Below are positions 17,773-27,237 of a stretch of DNA of 64,000 nucleotides, one piece after another (position 1 is the first letter of the stretch; every line of letters begins with the position of its first letter). Below the pieces are notes generated by a model. The model was given only the letters and a program-made list of their open reading frames with translations. It searched no databases and was not told the DNA's origin. Source of the DNA: Solirubrobacteraceae bacterium (GTDB lineage Bacteria; Actinomycetota; Thermoleophilia; Solirubrobacterales; Solirubrobacteraceae). The translations under genes and the position numbers were made by a program. The stretch covers positions 5,068 through 69,067 of the forward strand of contig JBIOTP010000097.1 of NCBI GenBank assembly GCA_044865965.1. The letters run 5' to 3'.

Positions 17773-17790
17773 ATTGACTGGTCAGTCAAT
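17773..17790. promoter_or_regulatory. Palindromic operator, TetR-type
   Basis: ATTGACTG-GT-CAGTCAAT 25 bp upstream of the acyl-CoA dehydrogenase start. Confidence 0.65.
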
Positions 17791-17871
17791 TCTACGGCAG
17801 CGTATACCCGACCCGCGCCGCACGGCGCGAAGAACTAGGCGAATGGCCGATCCACCCGCCACAATGGAGGC

Positions 17872-18144
17872 ATGCAGGATGCGCTCCCGATCGTGATCTT
17901 CGCCGTCGTCGGCGTCGCCGCCGTGGTCGCCGTCGGGACGCTGCTGGTGCGCGGCGCCTATGAGCAGATCGGCCGCGGCGGCCTGCTGGCCGAAGACGAG
18001 GCGTCGCCGACGACGGACGCCGCCCGGATATTGGAGATCCGCCAGATGCTGGAGGCCCGCAACGCCCGCCGCGTCGCGCGCGGCGAGCCGCCGCTGGACG
18101 TCGACGCGGAGATCGAGCGGCGTCTGTCCGAGCTGGACGGGTAG
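17872..18144 (+). CDS. Small membrane-anchored hypothetical protein
   Basis: GGAGG RBS, N-terminal TM helix. Confidence 0.7.
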   Translation: MQDALPIVIFAVVGVAAVVAVGTLLVRGAYEQIGRGGLLAEDEASPTTDAARILEIRQMLEARNARRVARGEPPLDVDAEIERRLSELDG

Positions 18145-18154
18145 CCTGCCGCCC

Positions 18155-18466
18155 ATGGCAGCCCTGCGCCGCTTCGACCTCGAGGAGCTCATCACCCGCC
18201 CGGGCACCTACTTCAACCCGCAGACGGAGATCGTGCTGGTCGTGGACGACTCCGCGAGCGTCGACCTCGAGCTGATCGAGGACGACGAGGACGAGGGCGG
18301 GGAGTGGATCCTGCTCGGCGACGACGCCGCCGTCGACGAGCACCGCCGTGACGAGCTGGTCGAGGCGTTCGAGACCCGCCGAGCCCGCGCCGCCGCCCGC
18401 GAGAACCCCGACGAGGACATCGTGGACGAGGAGGAGGAGCTCGAGCCGGACGAGGACGAGTTCTAG
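18155..18466 (+). CDS. Small very acidic hypothetical protein
   Basis: MAALRRFDLEELITRPGTYFNPQTE..., D/E-rich; good codon usage. Confidence 0.7.
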   Translation: MAALRRFDLEELITRPGTYFNPQTEIVLVVDDSASVDLELIEDDEDEGGEWILLGDDAAVDEHRRDELVEAFETRRARAAARENPDEDIVDEEEELEPDEDEF

Positions 18467-18468
18467 AT

Positions 18469-19602
18469 CTACACGAAGAAGAAGACCACGCCGAGCACGA
18501 CGTAGACCGCGAGGAGCTGCAGCCCCTCGAACCACGTCGTCTCGCCCTCGTGCGTGACGTGGGTGGCGATGATCACGGCCAGCAGGATCGCGCCCAGCTC
18601 CAGCGAGCTGAACTCGAGCGCCATCGGGAACGGCCCGATCACGAACGAGAAGAGCACCAGCACCGGGACGGCGAACAGCGCGATCTGCGCGCTCGAGCCG
18701 ATCGCGATGCCGATCGACAGGTCGAGCTTGTCGCGCGCCGCGAAGTAGACGGCGACCCAGTGCTCGGCCGCGTTGCCCACGATCGCCACCACGATCAGGC
18801 TGACGAAGAACGGCGACAGGCCGATGCCCGCCGACGCCTCCTCGATCGAGCCGACGAGGATCTCCGACATCACGCCCACCGCCGCGCCGGCGATCGCGAG
18901 CGCGAGCATGCTGCGGCGGATCGACCAGGCGTGATGCACCTCTTCCTCCTCGTCCATCTGCGGGTTGAAGAGGTCGCGGTGCGTCTTGAGCGAGAACCAC
19001 AGCCCGGCGCCGTAGGAGGCGAGCAGGACGACCGAGACGAGCGCCGACATCAGCTCGACGTCGCTCGAGAAGCGCGGCGCCTCCTCGGCCGGCCGCGGCA
19101 GCGAGTCGCCGGTCGCCAGCAGGAACAGCCCCGGCAGCAGGATCGCGACGCACGCCAGCAGCAGCAGCGTGGACTGGGAGCTCGCGATCGTGGCCAGGAA
19201 CCTCTGCCGGTCGCGCCCCCAGCCGCCGATCAGCATCGAGGCGCCCATCACGAGCAGCAGGTTGCCGAGGATCGAGCCGACGAGCGACGCCTTGACGACC
19301 TCGTGCAGGCCGGCATCCAGCGCGAACATCGCGATGATCAGCTCCGGCGCGTTGCCGAACGTGACATTGAGCAGCCCGCCGATCCCCGGCCCGGCGCGCG
19401 CCGCGAGCTCCTCCGTCGCCCGCCCCATCAGGGCCGCGGTCGGCACGACGCCCAGCGCGGAGGAGAAGAACACGATCGTGGCGCCCGCCTCGGCCAGGTC
19501 CAGCGCGACGGCGATCGGGATGAACGGGACCAGGAGGTACGGCCAGCCCTGCCCGCTGAACAGGAAGCGCCGCAGATTGAACGGGACGCGTTCGGCGGTC
19601 AC
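18469..19602 (-). CDS. Ca2+/H+ antiporter (CaCA family, ChaA/CAX)
   Basis: Alpha repeats TFGNAPEL and IVGNAAEH; ~11 TM. Confidence 0.93.
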   Translation of the reverse strand: MTAERVPFNLRRFLFSGQGWPYLLVPFIPIAVALDLAEAGATIVFFSSALGVVPTAALMGRATEELAARAGPGIGGLLNVTFGNAPELIIAMFALDAGLHEVVKASLVGSILGNLLLVMGASMLIGGWGRDRQRFLATIASSQSTLLLLACVAILLPGLFLLATGDSLPRPAEEAPRFSSDVELMSALVSVVLLASYGAGLWFSLKTHRDLFNPQMDEEEEVHHAWSIRRSMLALAIAGAAVGVMSEILVGSIEEASAGIGLSPFFVSLIVVAIVGNAAEHWVAVYFAARDKLDLSIGIAIGSSAQIALFAVPVLVLFSFVIGPFPMALEFSSLELGAILLAVIIATHVTHEGETTWFEGLQLLAVYVVLGVVFFFV

Positions 19603-19645
19603 CGCCGCCGAGCCTACTGCGATCCGAAGATGAGAGTCGGCTGAG

Positions 19646-20434
19646 CTAGGAGTGGTCGAGCGCCTTCAGGAGCTCGCTGAACGGCCGCGCGTGCTCGGGC
19701 TCCGGGATCTTCTGGTCCTCGCCGACCCGCGCGAGGCTGAGATCGAGCGTGAAGCGCGCGTCCCGTGTCGCGCCGGCCACCGTGAGGCGGCGCAGGACGT
19801 GATCTGCGGCGCCGGTGTAGATCGCGACCGACACCCGCTTGGCGGCGGCGATCGCCCGGGAGCGATCGGCGGGCGTGAGCTTCTCTCCGGCGCCCGGCAG
19901 GCTGAGCGCGCGCGAGAGCCGCTCGACGTCGTCGATCACGCGCGCGACGTCGGCGTCGCCGGTGATCTTGATGGTGTCGCCCGCGGCCGTCTGGCGCGGA
20001 TCGCGCAGCCAGCGCGTGAGGTCGATCCGGCCCTTCGCCGCGAGCGCCTGCTCGTAGCCGGCGGCCACCTGGCGGGCGAGGAGGTCGGCCACCTCGTAAT
20101 CGACGCCCTGCAGCCCCACGTAGCCCTTCTCGCCGGTCCAGGTCGCGCTCGCCGTGTAGCGCTCGCCGCCCTCGTCGACCTTGCCGGCGAGGTGGAACTT
20201 CGGCAGCCGGCCGTCCTGGCTGACGTAGGCGCCGGTGAGCCGCGCCGTCACGTGGCTCTCGGCGTCGACCGTCAGCCGCGCGTCGATGCTCGCCGACTTC
20301 ATCTGGCCGAGGTTGTCGAGCGTGTCGCGCAGGACGGCGTCGACGTTCGTGCCCGAGTTGGCGAGCTCGGGGCCCCCGCCGCAACCGGCGATCAGGCCCA
20401 CGGCGACCAAGAGTGCGAGCAGGCGCGGCAACAT
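19646..20434 (-). CDS. Lipoprotein, possibly LppX/LprAFG-like
   Basis: Lipobox LIAGC after MLPRLLALL; beta-rich body. Confidence 0.65.
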   Translation of the reverse strand: MLPRLLALLVAVGLIAGCGGGPELANSGTNVDAVLRDTLDNLGQMKSASIDARLTVDAESHVTARLTGAYVSQDGRLPKFHLAGKVDEGGERYTASATWTGEKGYVGLQGVDYEVADLLARQVAAGYEQALAAKGRIDLTRWLRDPRQTAAGDTIKITGDADVARVIDDVERLSRALSLPGAGEKLTPADRSRAIAAAKRVSVAIYTGAADHVLRRLTVAGATRDARFTLDLSLARVGEDQKIPEPEHARPFSELLKALDHS

Positions 20435-20464
20435 CGGCAGGGGAGGCGAGCCTAGCATTGGGGA

Positions 20465-21805
20465 GTGGCGCCGAGACGGACCTGCTGTTGCGCGCTCGTG
20501 GCGATCCTCTGCAGCCTCGCGGCCGCGCCGGCGGCCGCGGCGGCCGCCCGCACGACGGTGATCGGGGAGCTCGAGCGGCTGGCGCCGCCGGACTACGCGG
20601 CCAAGCGGGCGGCCTACGAGCATGCGAAGGACCTGGTCAAGCGGCTGCGCGGGGTGCGCCGGGCGGAGCTCGGGGGCGTCGTGGCCGACCTCGAGAACAT
20701 GGCGTCGCGCCACCAGCTCACGGCGTCCCGGCTCGGCCCGCTGTGGCTCACGCTGGAGCGCAACATCCAGTGGTGGACGACGAGCCCGCTGCTGGCCGAC
20801 GGCCAGCGCGTCGGCTTCCCGGATTCCGAGCTCGTCTGGCAGGAGTACCGCGGCCACGGGATCCAGCTCCAGTGGCTGGCGACGTTCGGCAAGCTCAACG
20901 GCCTGTGGACGGGCGGCCGCCGCTACGACGCGCGCGCCGGGCGGCTGATCGACGAGATCCTGCCGCTCGCGAGCGAGCGCGCCGGCGGGCTGGCGTGGGA
21001 GTACCTGTTCCCGTTCGACGGCCAGCGGCCGCCGTGGGTCAGCTCGCTCGCGCAGGGCACCGGCCTGCAGGCGCTCGCACGCGCGGCGATCCGGCTCGGC
21101 CGGCAGGCCGACGTCCTGCCCGCCGCCCAGCGCGGGCTCGGCATCTTCCTGACCACGCCGCCCGAGGGCGTGCGCGTGGACGCCGACGGCGGCGCGCACT
21201 ACCTGCAGTACTCCGGGCTGCCCGAGCTGCGCGTCCTCAACGGCTTCATCCAGTCGCTCGTGGGGCTGTTCGACTACGCCGGGCTGACCGGCGACCCCAC
21301 CGCGCGCAACCTGTTCGCGGCCGGCGACGCTGCGGCGCGCGCGGAGGTCCCGCGGTTCGACACCGGCGCCTGGTCGCTGTACTCGCGCGGGTCGCTGACG
21401 CGCGAGTCCGACCTCGGCTATCACCGGCTCCTGCGCGACTTCCTGGGCCAGCTGTGCTCGCGCACGGGCGCGCTCGAGTACTGCAGCGCGGCCCAGCACT
21501 TCACCGGCTATCTGACGATCCCGCCCGTGCTCGCGCTCCTGCCGTCCACGCTGCGGGCCGGCCGCGAGGGGCGGCTGCGGTTCAAGCTCTCGAAGATCGC
21601 GCGCCTGAGCGTGCGCGTGGCGCGCGGGGACAAAGTGGTCTTGGCGCGGACCCTCGGCGCGGTCGGGCGCGGCACGCGGTCGCTGGAGTGGCGGGTGCCG
21701 CGGCGCACCGGCGAGTACATGCTGACGGTGTCGGCGACCGACCTCGCCGGCAACCCGGCCGCGGTCACCGGGACCGTGGAGGTGACCCGGAAGAGGGACT
21801 CCTAG
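20465..21805 (+). CDS. Secreted D-glucuronyl C5-epimerase family protein with C-terminal Ig-like domain
   Basis: SSLAQG, VLNGFIQSLVGLFDY, FDTGAWSLY, YH motifs; ATDLAGN Ig-like end. Confidence 0.75.
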   Translation: MAPRRTCCCALVAILCSLAAAPAAAAAARTTVIGELERLAPPDYAAKRAAYEHAKDLVKRLRGVRRAELGGVVADLENMASRHQLTASRLGPLWLTLERNIQWWTTSPLLADGQRVGFPDSELVWQEYRGHGIQLQWLATFGKLNGLWTGGRRYDARAGRLIDEILPLASERAGGLAWEYLFPFDGQRPPWVSSLAQGTGLQALARAAIRLGRQADVLPAAQRGLGIFLTTPPEGVRVDADGGAHYLQYSGLPELRVLNGFIQSLVGLFDYAGLTGDPTARNLFAAGDAAARAEVPRFDTGAWSLYSRGSLTRESDLGYHRLLRDFLGQLCSRTGALEYCSAAQHFTGYLTIPPVLALLPSTLRAGREGRLRFKLSKIARLSVRVARGDKVVLARTLGAVGRGTRSLEWRVPRRTGEYMLTVSATDLAGNPAAVTGTVEVTRKRDS

Positions 21806-21820
21806 ACTGCGCTGCTCGCC

Positions 21821-22993
21821 ATGCGGCCGCGGACCATCCTCTACACGGGCAAGGGCGGCGTCGGGAAGACCTCCGTGGCGGCCGCCACCGCCCGCCGCTG
21901 CGCGGCCGCCGGCGCGCGCACAATCGTGCTCTCCACCGATCCCGCGCACTCGCTGGCCGACGCGCTGCAGGCGGACGTCGGCGGCGAGCCCGCCGAGGCC
22001 GGCGGCGGCCTGTTCGCGCAGCAGGTGCAGGCGCAGGACGAGCTCGAGCGCCACTGGAGCGCGGTGTCGGGCTGGCTCGGCGGCCTGCTGATGGAGCGCG
22101 GCGTGGACCGCATCGCCGCCGAGGAGCTGACCGTGCCGCCGGGCGGCGACGAGCTGTTCTCGCTGCTGCAGATCAAGCGCCACGTCGAGTCGGGCGACTG
22201 GGACGTGGTCGTCGTCGACTGCGCGCCGACCGGCGAGACGCTGCGGCTGCTGTCCTTCCCCGACGCAGCCCGCTGGTGGCTCGACAAGGTGTTCGGGCGC
22301 GAGCAGGCGGTGATGTCGGCGGCGCGCCCGCTCGCGCGCATGTTCCTCGACATGTCGCTGCCGGACGAGCGCGTGCTGGCCGAGATCCAGCGGCTCGTCG
22401 GGAACCTGATCGCGATGCACGAGCTGCTGCGCGACGCGTCGCGGGTGTCGATGCGGCTCGTGATGACGCCCGACCGGATGGTCGTCGCGGAGGCGATGCG
22501 GACGTTCACCTACCTGAACCTGTACGGCTACCTGACCGACGCGGTGATCGTGAACCGGGTCTTCCCGGACGAGCTGGCCGACGGCTACTTCGGCGGCTGG
22601 CATGCGGTCCAGCGCGAGCAGCTCGCGCTCGTGGAGTCCGGCTTCGCGCCCGTCCCGCTGCTGCGTGCGCCGTACTTCGCCCACGAGGTGATCGGCCCCG
22701 CGCGGCTCGACGAGCTGGGCGAGGCGCTGTTCGGGGAGAGCGACGGCGCCGCGATCCTTCACGAGCGCCTCACCCAGGAGCTGCGCGTCGACGACGGCCT
22801 CGCCGAGCTGCGCCTGGACCTGCCGTTCGCGCGCAAGGGCGACGTCGCGCTCAAGAAGATCGGGCTGGAGCTGGTGGTGCGCGTCGACGGGCAGAAGCGC
22901 ACGATCGTGCTCCCGGGCGCGCTCGCGGGATTCCGGCCGACCTCGGCGACGCTCGCCGACGGGTCGCTCGTGGTTGGATTCGAGCATGGGTGA
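21821..22993 (+). CDS. ArsA/GET3-family ATPase with C-terminal HSP20-like domain
   Basis: GKGGVGKT, STDPAHSL, DCAPTG; alpha-crystallin-like tail LDLPFARKGDVALKKIGLELVVRV. Confidence 0.9.
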   Translation: MRPRTILYTGKGGVGKTSVAAATARRCAAAGARTIVLSTDPAHSLADALQADVGGEPAEAGGGLFAQQVQAQDELERHWSAVSGWLGGLLMERGVDRIAAEELTVPPGGDELFSLLQIKRHVESGDWDVVVVDCAPTGETLRLLSFPDAARWWLDKVFGREQAVMSAARPLARMFLDMSLPDERVLAEIQRLVGNLIAMHELLRDASRVSMRLVMTPDRMVVAEAMRTFTYLNLYGYLTDAVIVNRVFPDELADGYFGGWHAVQREQLALVESGFAPVPLLRAPYFAHEVIGPARLDELGEALFGESDGAAILHERLTQELRVDDGLAELRLDLPFARKGDVALKKIGLELVVRVDGQKRTIVLPGALAGFRPTSATLADGSLVVGFEHG

Positions 22994-23324
22994 GGACGAG
23001 CGCGAGGCGTTCGAGGCGGCCGAGCGGCTGGTCCGCGAGGCGCACGCGCGCGCCGAGGAGGCCGCGCGCTCGGCGGACGTGCCGCCCGCCGGCTGGCAGG
23101 TGCCGGGCTCGTCCGCGGACCGGCCGCCGTTTCCGGACCTCTCGGCGCTGATGGGGCTGCTGGAGACGGTCCGCGGCGCGATCCCGCCGGAGCTCGCCCG
23201 CCAGCTCGCCGATGCGCTGCGCGAGCTCCTGATCGCGATCCGGGCGATCCTCGACTACTCGATCGAGCGCCTCGAGCGCCGCCCGCCGCCCGAGCCGAGC
23301 GTGGAGGACATCCCGATCCGGTGA
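22986..23324 (+). CDS. Hypothetical helical protein coupled to the ArsA/GET3 gene
   Basis: Overlaps the ATPase stop; IPPELARQLADALRELLIAIRAILD amphipathic helix. Confidence 0.7.
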   Translation: MGEDEREAFEAAERLVREAHARAEEAARSADVPPAGWQVPGSSADRPPFPDLSALMGLLETVRGAIPPELARQLADALRELLIAIRAILDYSIERLERRPPPEPSVEDIPIR

Positions 23325-23995
23325 ACCTGCGCCGCGACTTGATCGCGCTCCCGCCCGAGATGCGGCTGACGGGGATCGCCGCCGCCGCGCTCGCGCTCTC
23401 GCTGCTGCTGCCGTGGTACGACAAGGCGTTCTTCGTCTCCGGGCGCGTGGTGCACGACAGCCTGAGCGCGTTCGGGGTCTTCACGTTCGTGGAGGCGGCC
23501 GTGCTGCTGGTCGCGTTCGCGGTGCTGTTCCTCGTCTGGGCCCGCTCGCAGCGCAAGGCGTTCCACCTGCCGGGCGGCGACGGGGCGGCGATCACGCTCG
23601 CCGGCGGCTGGGCGGCGCTGCTGCTCGTGTGGCGGCTGTTCGACAAGCCCGACATCTCGGGTCCGGGGGCGACGATCGGCATCCAGTGGGGGATCTTCGG
23701 CGCGCTGCTGGCGGCCGGCGCGCTGATCGTGGCGGGCGCGCGCGTGCGAGCCGCGCACCGGCCCGAGCCGCCGAACCCGGTGGCCGAGGAGGTCGAGTGG
23801 GTCGCCCCGGCGCGCCCGCAGCCCGAGCCGCGGCCGGACCGCCGCCCGCGCGATCGGGATGCCTTCACCGAGGCGTTCCGCGAGCGGCCGGGCTGGGAGG
23901 GCGAGCCGGGCGAGGCGCCGGCGCGCCGGCGCCCGCCCGAGCCGGCGACCGAGGACGAGCCTCCGCCCGGCGACGACGCACCCCGGCTGTTCTGA
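23321..23995 (+). CDS. Membrane protein (4 TM, Pro-rich tail)
   Basis: Hydrophobic segments, LPW motif; GTGA overlap with the previous gene. Confidence 0.75.
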   Translation: MNLRRDLIALPPEMRLTGIAAAALALSLLLPWYDKAFFVSGRVVHDSLSAFGVFTFVEAAVLLVAFAVLFLVWARSQRKAFHLPGGDGAAITLAGGWAALLLVWRLFDKPDISGPGATIGIQWGIFGALLAAGALIVAGARVRAAHRPEPPNPVAEEVEWVAPARPQPEPRPDRRPRDRDAFTEAFRERPGWEGEPGEAPARRRPPEPATEDEPPPGDDAPRLF

Positions 23996-24064
23996 CGCGC
24001 AACCCGCGCCGTCGCGGGCCCCCCGGCCGTTCTGGCGCAACCCGCGCCGTCGCGGGCCGTTCTT

Positions 24065-25438
24065 GTGACGATGCGCCGTCCCGTCCTCGCCCTCGTCCTC
24101 GCCGCCTCGGCGCTCGCCCCCTCCGCCGCCGCCGCCGCGCCGCCCTGGTCGCCGCCGCAGACGCTCTCCTCGCCGCACCTCTTCGTCGACGTCCCGACGG
24201 TTGGCTTTGCCGGCAACGGCGACGGGCTCGCGACCTGGCGGACGCAGGACGGGATCGGCGACCAGGCGACCGGCTCCGTCGACGGCGCCGCGCTCGCGCA
24301 CGGCGCCGCGACATTCGGCGCCGAGTCCACACTCGCCGCCGGTCCGCGGCCGAGCCTCGTCTCGCCCCCGGTCTTCTACGGCCGGGGCGGTCGCGCGCTG
24401 GTGGCCACGCAACGCCCGGTGTCGTCCGACCCCGCCGAGCAGCGGGTGCGCCTCGCGGCGGTGTTCGGACGCGTGCCGCGCTTCTTCGCGCCCCACACGA
24501 TCGCCGTCCAGCGGGGGCTGCGCGGCGCGCAGCTCGCCGCGGACTCCTCGGGCGACGCCGCGATCGCCTGGTTCCAGGACCGCGGGGTCACCACGGATCG
24601 CGTCTACGTCTCGCTCCGGCGCATCGGCGGTCAGTTCGGTCCGCCGGTGGAGCTCGGCCGTGGGCGCATCCGCTCGGTGTCGGTCGCCGTCTCGCCGCGG
24701 GGCGACGTGCTGGTCGCCTGGGACGCGCGCGGCGTCGTGCGCGCGCGCGTCAAGCCGCGGTCGCGCTCGCGCTTCGGCCCGACCGACACGATCGCCTCGG
24801 AGCCCACGTTCTTCGCCACCCTTCACACCGCGATCGCCCCCAACGGGCGCGCGTTCGTGGCCTGGGGCGCGCAGTTCCGCTCCGAGGGCGGGTCTACGGG
24901 GCCGGTCTTCTACGAGGTGGCGGTCCGGCCGTCAGGCGCCGCCCGCTTCCGCGCCGCGCAGCTGCTGGAGCGCCAGCCGGAGACGCAGATGCAGATGGGC
25001 CTGGACCTCGCGCTGGACGCCGTGGGCCACGCGACGGTGGCGTGGACCGGCTGGGACGGCGCGCACTACCGCGTGCGCGCCGCCGCCACCGATCCGCGCC
25101 TGGTCTTCGGGGCGCCGCAGGACGTCTCACCGCCGGGCGCGGATGCGTTCGAGGGGGCGCTCGCCGCCGCTCCCGACGGCCGCCGCCTGGTCGCGTGGAC
25201 GACCGGCTCGGTCGAGGGCACCGGCGGCGCGCTGCTCGCCGCGCTCGCGCCGCCCGCCGGGCCGTTAGGCGCGCCGGAGACGGTATCCCCCGGCCTCGAG
25301 GCGCGCATCCCGGCTGCCGCCTACGACGCGCCCGGCGACCGCTGGGCGCTCGTGTGGAGCAACCGGCCGGCGGGCTCGAACGTCCCGCTCGCCGACGTGA
25401 GGACGTTCGCGCAGGCCGCGCTGCGCCCGGCGAGCTGA
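24065..25438 (+). CDS. Secreted hypothetical protein with repeated beta-blade-like motifs
   Basis: Signal peptide; repeated GDAxxAW/GxxxVAW units. Confidence 0.75.
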   Translation: MTMRRPVLALVLAASALAPSAAAAAPPWSPPQTLSSPHLFVDVPTVGFAGNGDGLATWRTQDGIGDQATGSVDGAALAHGAATFGAESTLAAGPRPSLVSPPVFYGRGGRALVATQRPVSSDPAEQRVRLAAVFGRVPRFFAPHTIAVQRGLRGAQLAADSSGDAAIAWFQDRGVTTDRVYVSLRRIGGQFGPPVELGRGRIRSVSVAVSPRGDVLVAWDARGVVRARVKPRSRSRFGPTDTIASEPTFFATLHTAIAPNGRAFVAWGAQFRSEGGSTGPVFYEVAVRPSGAARFRAAQLLERQPETQMQMGLDLALDAVGHATVAWTGWDGAHYRVRAAATDPRLVFGAPQDVSPPGADAFEGALAAAPDGRRLVAWTTGSVEGTGGALLAALAPPAGPLGAPETVSPGLEARIPAAAYDAPGDRWALVWSNRPAGSNVPLADVRTFAQAALRPAS

Positions 25439-25442
25439 GCGG

Positions 25443-25997
25443 TCAGGCGGCCACGCGCACCGGGGCGACCTCGGCCGCCAGCTCGGCGACGATGCCGGCG
25501 AGCTCCAGCTCCAGGTCGCGGTCGGCCAGGCGGCCGTCGGAAGTGAACGCCTCGTCGGCGCCCGCCACCGGCAGCTCGCGATCGATCACGCGGGCGCCGA
25601 TCGCGGCGAGCACCTTGCGCGCCTCCGCCTGCGCCCACACGGCGCCGAACATCCCCGTGCTCGCGCCCACGACGGCCGCCGGCTTGTTGCGCAGCGGGCT
25701 CTCCGCGAGCGGCCGCGAGACCCAGTCCAGCGCGTTCTTGAGCTGGCCCGGCAGCGAGTGGTTGTACTCGGGCGTCGCGACGAGCACGGCGTCGGCGTCG
25801 GCGATCGCCGTCTTCAGCGCCCGGACCGCCTCCGGCCCGGGCGCGCGGTCGTCGTCGGCGTCGTAGGGCGGGATCGCCTTGAGGCCGGGGAACTCGACCA
25901 GCTCGGCCCCCGGCGGCAGCAGCTCCCCCGCGGCGCGCAGGAGGCACGAGTTGAACGAGCCGGCGCGCAGGCTGCCCGAGAGGCCGAGAACCCGCAT
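25443..25997 (-). CDS. NAD(P)H-dependent FMN reductase
   Basis: GSLRAGSFN, ATPEYNHSLPGQLKNALDW. Confidence 0.93.
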   Translation of the reverse strand: MRVLGLSGSLRAGSFNSCLLRAAGELLPPGAELVEFPGLKAIPPYDADDDRAPGPEAVRALKTAIADADAVLVATPEYNHSLPGQLKNALDWVSRPLAESPLRNKPAAVVGASTGMFGAVWAQAEARKVLAAIGARVIDRELPVAGADEAFTSDGRLADRDLELELAGIVAELAAEVAPVRVAA

Positions 25998-25999
25998 CC

Positions 26000-26545
26000 C
26001 TACTCCGCGATGAACTCGAGGTTGACGGACAGCTTGACCTCGTTGGCGAGCGCGACCCCGCCCTTGGGCAGCGGCGCGTTCCACTCGAGGCCGTACTCGG
26101 TGCGATCGACGATCGCACCGAGCTCGACGCCGACGCGCAGGGCGCCGCCGAGCCCCGCGACGGCCTCCGTGATCGTCCCGCGCGCCTCGAGCGGCCGCGT
26201 GTGACCCTTGATCGTCAACTCGCCGTCGACGACGAGGTTCCCTTCCTCGACGCGCACCAGCGTCGAGGCGAACGCGATCTCCGGGTAGCGCTCGGTGTCG
26301 AAGAACTCCGGTGACCGCAGGTGCGCGGCGAGGTTCTCGTCCTTGACTACGAGCGACTCGGCGCGCACACGGCCGTCCAGCCGCAGCGAGCCGTCCTCGG
26401 CCGCGGTCAGCGTCGCGTCGTAGTCCTCGAAGCGGCCGCGGAAGGTCGATACGACCATGTGCTTTACAGCGAACCCGACCGTCGAGTGGACCCGATCCGC
26501 GGTCCAGGTGCCGGCAGGGACGAGGGGTGTGGCGATGGCGCTCAT
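26000..26545 (-). CDS. YceI-family lipid/polyisoprenoid-binding protein
   Basis: HSTVGFAVKHM, HLRSPEFFD, GELTIKG, DRTEYGL. Confidence 0.92.
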   Translation of the reverse strand: MSAIATPLVPAGTWTADRVHSTVGFAVKHMVVSTFRGRFEDYDATLTAAEDGSLRLDGRVRAESLVVKDENLAAHLRSPEFFDTERYPEIAFASTLVRVEEGNLVVDGELTIKGHTRPLEARGTITEAVAGLGGALRVGVELGAIVDRTEYGLEWNAPLPKGGVALANEVKLSVNLEFIAE

Positions 26546-26565
26546 GGCTCTCCTGAGAGTTGTTC

Positions 26566-26623
26566 CGGACCGTGGTCCGGTTGACCTGGGCGGCACTGTA
26601 TCACAGAATCGGACCGTGGTCCG
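26566..26623. promoter_or_regulatory. Two identical palindromic operators for the adjacent TetR
   Basis: CGGACC-GT-GGTCCG at 26566-26579 and 26610-26623. Confidence 0.8.
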
Positions 26624-26643
26624 CTTAGTATCATATGCGTCAT

Positions 26644-27237
26644 ATGGCGAAGCCGCTTCCCGTCCTCGGAACCGACACGGCCGAGCGCGCCGACGCCGCG
26701 CGCAACCGCCGCAAGGTGCTCGAGGCCGCCGGCCGGCTGTTCGAGTGCCACGGCGTGGACAACGTGTCCATGGACGCGGTGGCGGCCGAGGCGGGAGTCG
26801 GGAAGGGGACCCTGTTCCGGCGCTTCGGAGACCGCGCCAGCCTCGCGCTCGCGCTGCTCTCGGAGCACGAGTCGGAGCTCCAGGACGCGGTCATCCGCGG
26901 CCCGGCGCCGCTCGGGCCGGGCGGGCCGCCGAAGGAGCGCCTGATCGCGTTCGGCCGCGCGTACCTCGAGCACCTCGAGCGACACGCGGACCTGCTGCGC
27001 GCGAGTGAGCGTGGGCGGCTCGCCAGCGCGCCCTACGCCTTCATGCGCACCCACGTGGGGCTGCTGCTGCGCGAGGCGGGCATGGGGGCGCGCGCCGACT
27101 ACCTCGCCGACGTCGTGCTCGCGCCGCTCGCCCCCACCGTGTTCGTGTACCACCGCGGGCCGCGGGAGCTCTCGCTCGACGAGCTCGCCGACGCCTATGC
27201 CGACCTCGTCACGCGCCTCCTAGACTCTCCGCGATGA
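26644..27237 (+). CDS. TetR/AcrR-family regulator
   Basis: RADAARNRRKVL, VSMDAVAAEAGVGKGTLFRRF. Confidence 0.93.
   Translation: MAKPLPVLGTDTAERADAARNRRKVLEAAGRLFECHGVDNVSMDAVAAEAGVGKGTLFRRFGDRASLALALLSEHESELQDAVIRGPAPLGPGGPPKERLIAFGRAYLEHLERHADLLRASERGRLASAPYAFMRTHVGLLLREAGMGARADYLADVVLAPLAPTVFVYHRGPRELSLDELADAYADLVTRLLDSPR

Noticed and set aside
21821-22993. Arsenic resistance ATPase
   Set aside because: Single ATPase domain with HSP20-like tail and no arsB/acr3/arsC/arsR nearby.
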